Positions 59,408-61,902 of a DNA stretch of 61,902 nt are shown piece after piece. Position numbers and translations under genes: made by a program. The notes beneath the pieces were generated by a model. It was not told where the DNA came from, did not search any database, and was given only the letters and a program-made list of their open reading frames with translations. Within the stretch, counting starts at the first letter, position 1. Each line of letters begins with the position of its first letter. The DNA comes from Chthoniobacteraceae bacterium (GTDB taxonomy: Bacteria; Verrucomicrobiota; Verrucomicrobiia; Chthoniobacterales; Chthoniobacteraceae), in assembly GCA_031409335.1 (NCBI GenBank), contig JANNWY010000161.1:1-61902 (forward strand), read 5' to 3'.

Positions 59408-61250
59408 GATGCCACGACCTCATGCGGCCCGATTTGCACCGTTCGTCTGCCGGTCAATGTCTTGAAACGTCGCCACAAATCCACGGCGAGCTGACGCCCG
59501 CACGCAATGCCGCGCTGCAAGCGTCCGCGATTCAGCGGACGCGCTCCAGCCGTTCGTGGCTGGAGGTCCATCGCCAGCTCGCGATCACCCGACCGCGCAC
59601 CATTTTCCCGTAGTTGGCGCGCATCGCTCGTGAAAATTCGGATGCCCTTTCGACCGCACGAAATAGTGACATACCATTGCTGTCGATTGGTCGCGGCTTT
59701 TACAGTGGAGTCGGAAAAGACGACGTAATCCACCGTCTTGCCTTGAGAGGCGTAGGAAGTGACCGCGTAGCCGCGCACGAATTGCCGGTAGTCGCTTTCG
59801 AGCGTTCGCCCGTCGTTCAGCACGACGCGGCCATCGGCCTCAATGCGCTCGACCGTGACCAGTTCGCCATTGGCGATGCGGCGACCGTCGCGCGTCTGCA
59901 CGTTGGCTTTCAGTTGCAGCCGGTCGCCAGACGCGACCGCCATTTTGCGCTTGCGGCACACGGTGACGTGACCGACGTGCCGCATCGGAATCGTGCCCAC
60001 GCGCTCCGCTGTCTCGACGATCAAACCCTGTTCGGAAATCGCGACGAGCCGGGCGGAGTCGCCTTTGCGGAATCGCCCGCAATCCCTGTTGAAAACAAGC
60101 ACCGTGTCCGCGTCGTGAAATCGCTTGTCGCGCTTCTGCGCGTCCGTCAGGTCGGTGCGTTCGAGCACGACGATGGCGTGCTCATCCGAACCAATGAAGC
60201 CATGTGCTTTCAGCCGCTGCCGCACGGCTTCATTGACTCGGTGAATTTCCGACCACGTTTGCGACACAACCACCGTCGATTGTCCGCGCTTGATGAGATC
60301 GAGGTAATGATCCGCGAGCTTTTCCTGCTGATTCGCTAGCGTGCATTCCATGACTGCGCCTTGCTCGTTCAGGCGGTCGAAGGCGCTGCCGATGTCCCCC
60401 GTCGCCGCGTCCTTCACCGCACGCCGGTATGCCTCGATAAATTCACGCTCGCCCGGCATCTCCGCGCGACGCGGGTCCTACCGGCGGATTTCGTGCAATT
60501 CTGCCGCGTGCAAACCCGAGTATTTTTCGATGGCCCGCAGCGCATCTGCTGCCTCGACGGCTCCGTGCTGTCGCGTGTCGCCCGAGGCAATCAGACGTCC
60601 GCCACTTTCTTCGATGAACCGCAAAAGCGCCTGCATTTGCCTCGCTCCGAGCTGTCCGGCCTCATCGAAAATTATCACTGCGCCTGGCTGCATATCCTCC
60701 TTCGTCAAAAACTCGCTCACGGTTTGAGCGTGCTCGAAACCGTCACGTTGCAGATCAATCACCTGCTGCCGCTGCGGCGCGATGACCTGCACCGAGTGAC
60801 CGGAGTCGCGCAATCCACGCAGCACTTCACGGAGCGCGAAACTCTTGCCCGTCCCTGCGCCGCCGCGAAACAACGTAACGAAATCGCGCGAGCGTAGAAT
60901 CCTTTCGACCGCTTCGCGCTGCTCGGGATCGAGCGCCGGCTTTCGGATGCCCTGCGCGGAATCTAATGGCGCGTGTTTTCCGATCCCGTCTTTCACTCTC
61001 TGCAAAATATCCCATTCGCGCGCCAGCATCTCGCGGCTCGTCACCTTGCGCGACTCAATGCCATCCCGGATGTAGTCGCGCCGCGCACTGGCCTCCTTCA
61101 ATTCCGACACATCCAGCTCGCAGGCACGCCCATGCTCCAGCGCGTGCCGCCAAAGTCCGTATTCACGAACGACTGATTTTCGGTCGAACAAATGTTCTTC
61201 CGCCCATTTCAACGATTCATTGGCGGTGATTTGCTTGAGCGGGTGCGGTG
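59404..61250 (-). pseudogene. MobF/TrwC relaxase-helicase remnant (helicase half only, internal stop)
   Basis: RecD-like motifs GGAGTGKS, DEAGQ, GDTRQH, EIRR*, GYAVTSYASQGKT and YVTISCGR. The two ORFs (60478-61365, 59404-60459) share a frame and are separated only by TAG 60478-60480. No relaxase domain lies upstream. The 5' boundary is approximate. Confidence 0.85.
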
Positions 61251-61325
61251 TTCCTTGTGCCGTCGCAACGATGCGTTGAAGCGCCCGCCCTTCAAGAGAT
61301 TGTGATGCCCAAGCTCTATTATTGG

Positions 61326-61748
61326 CTAGCTGCGGACATGATAGTGTCGATCGCAGAATTCCCAAATGCTGTCCCGGATAGTTGCGGGGCGGCTCACGTC
61401 ATTTGGATGCCACTTCCGAGGCCATTCCCAGTTATTCCACTCACCGACAAGAGCAAAGATACACGCAACAATGAGGAAAGTGGTTGCGAAGTTAAGGCGC
61501 GGTCTCAAGGCGAAAAGGAATTTAGCGAACCGCATAAGTCCCAATCGACGGCGCAACTTCCAATTGCGCACGATAGCCAGAGTCCAAAACCCGAGCAGGA
61601 ACAGCAGCAAAGCGCCGAAAACGGAGAGCAAATTCATCACCAAGGAAATTCCGGTAAGTCCTGAGCCTGCATAAGCAATAGTTCGCTTCCAATCCAAGGC
61701 GGCCTTTTGGCAATTCGCATAGAATCCCGCGCTCGTTGCCAATAGCAC
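61326..61748 (-). pseudogene. Membrane protein, probably 5'-truncated by IS insertion
   Basis: AT-rich ORF with 2-3 TM segments whose frame runs straight into the IS630 end at CTAG 61748-61751. Confidence 0.5.
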
Positions 61749-61902
61749 TAGTGTAGTCCGTCAAGCAGATTGCACTTTATCGAGTTTGCGGCGACCCCGC
61801 TTAACCTTTTCGAGTATGTCTGCGGCAGCGGCCGTCCAAAGGATGGGTTTGGGATCGGCATTGTGAACCTGCAGATGCTCCTCGATTGCCAGGATTAGAT
61901 CG
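61749..61902 (-). mobile_element. IS630-family insertion sequence, 3' end (transposase C-terminus and right terminus)
   Basis: Minus frame 61901-61761 reads DLILAIEEHLQVHNADPKPILWTAAAADILEKVKRGRRKLDKVQSA*, with the IS630 HNxxPKPxxW motif. It is followed by tgacggactacacTAG, consistent with a TA/CTAG target. Confidence 0.85.

Noticed and set aside
60478..60480. Possible TAG readthrough or recoding in the helicase
   Set aside because: TAG ends intact genes normally here (25918, 41983, 54392), and the gene has other lesions, so a nonsense mutation is the simpler reading.

Overview
GC-rich bacterial chromosome segment. The gene content (DUF1549/DUF1553 and DUF1501 genes, dapL, a PEP-CTERM protein, an LTD/CotH giant protein, an A|F-type prepilin, GTAG-type REP doublets) points to Verrucomicrobiota, probably Chthoniobacterales-like; this is an inference. 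(1) 1-14884: an uncharacterised envelope cluster with three FG-GAP/ASPIC-UnbV (CRTAC1-like) proteins, a cytochrome b-like/pentaheme c/TPR membrane protein, a heme c + copper type II monooxygenase + TPR fusion, a flavin-dependent halogenase and a SAM methyltransferase. This is the best candidate for an undescribed system. (2) About 14.9-17.4 kb: a more AT-rich islet with a NIDO-domain PEP-CTERM protein divergent from a VKOR-thioredoxin fusion. (3) A 2760-aa secreted LTD/CotH/beta-helix protein, an esterase-lactonase, a two-component pair, and a DUF1553-DUF1501 operon interrupted by an ORF6N cassette. (4) Housekeeping and envelope genes: GH13, GDPD, sugar transferase, aroD, GtrA, dapL, secretin, leuB. 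(5) From about 54.4 kb: an accessory region with a four-gene minor-pilin cassette, then a decayed mobile element (palindromic repeat, zeta-toxin-like fragment, MobF helicase pseudogene with an in-frame TAG, and the end of an IS630). No rRNA, tRNA or CRISPR array was seen. All family assignments come from motif recognition by eye, not database searches.
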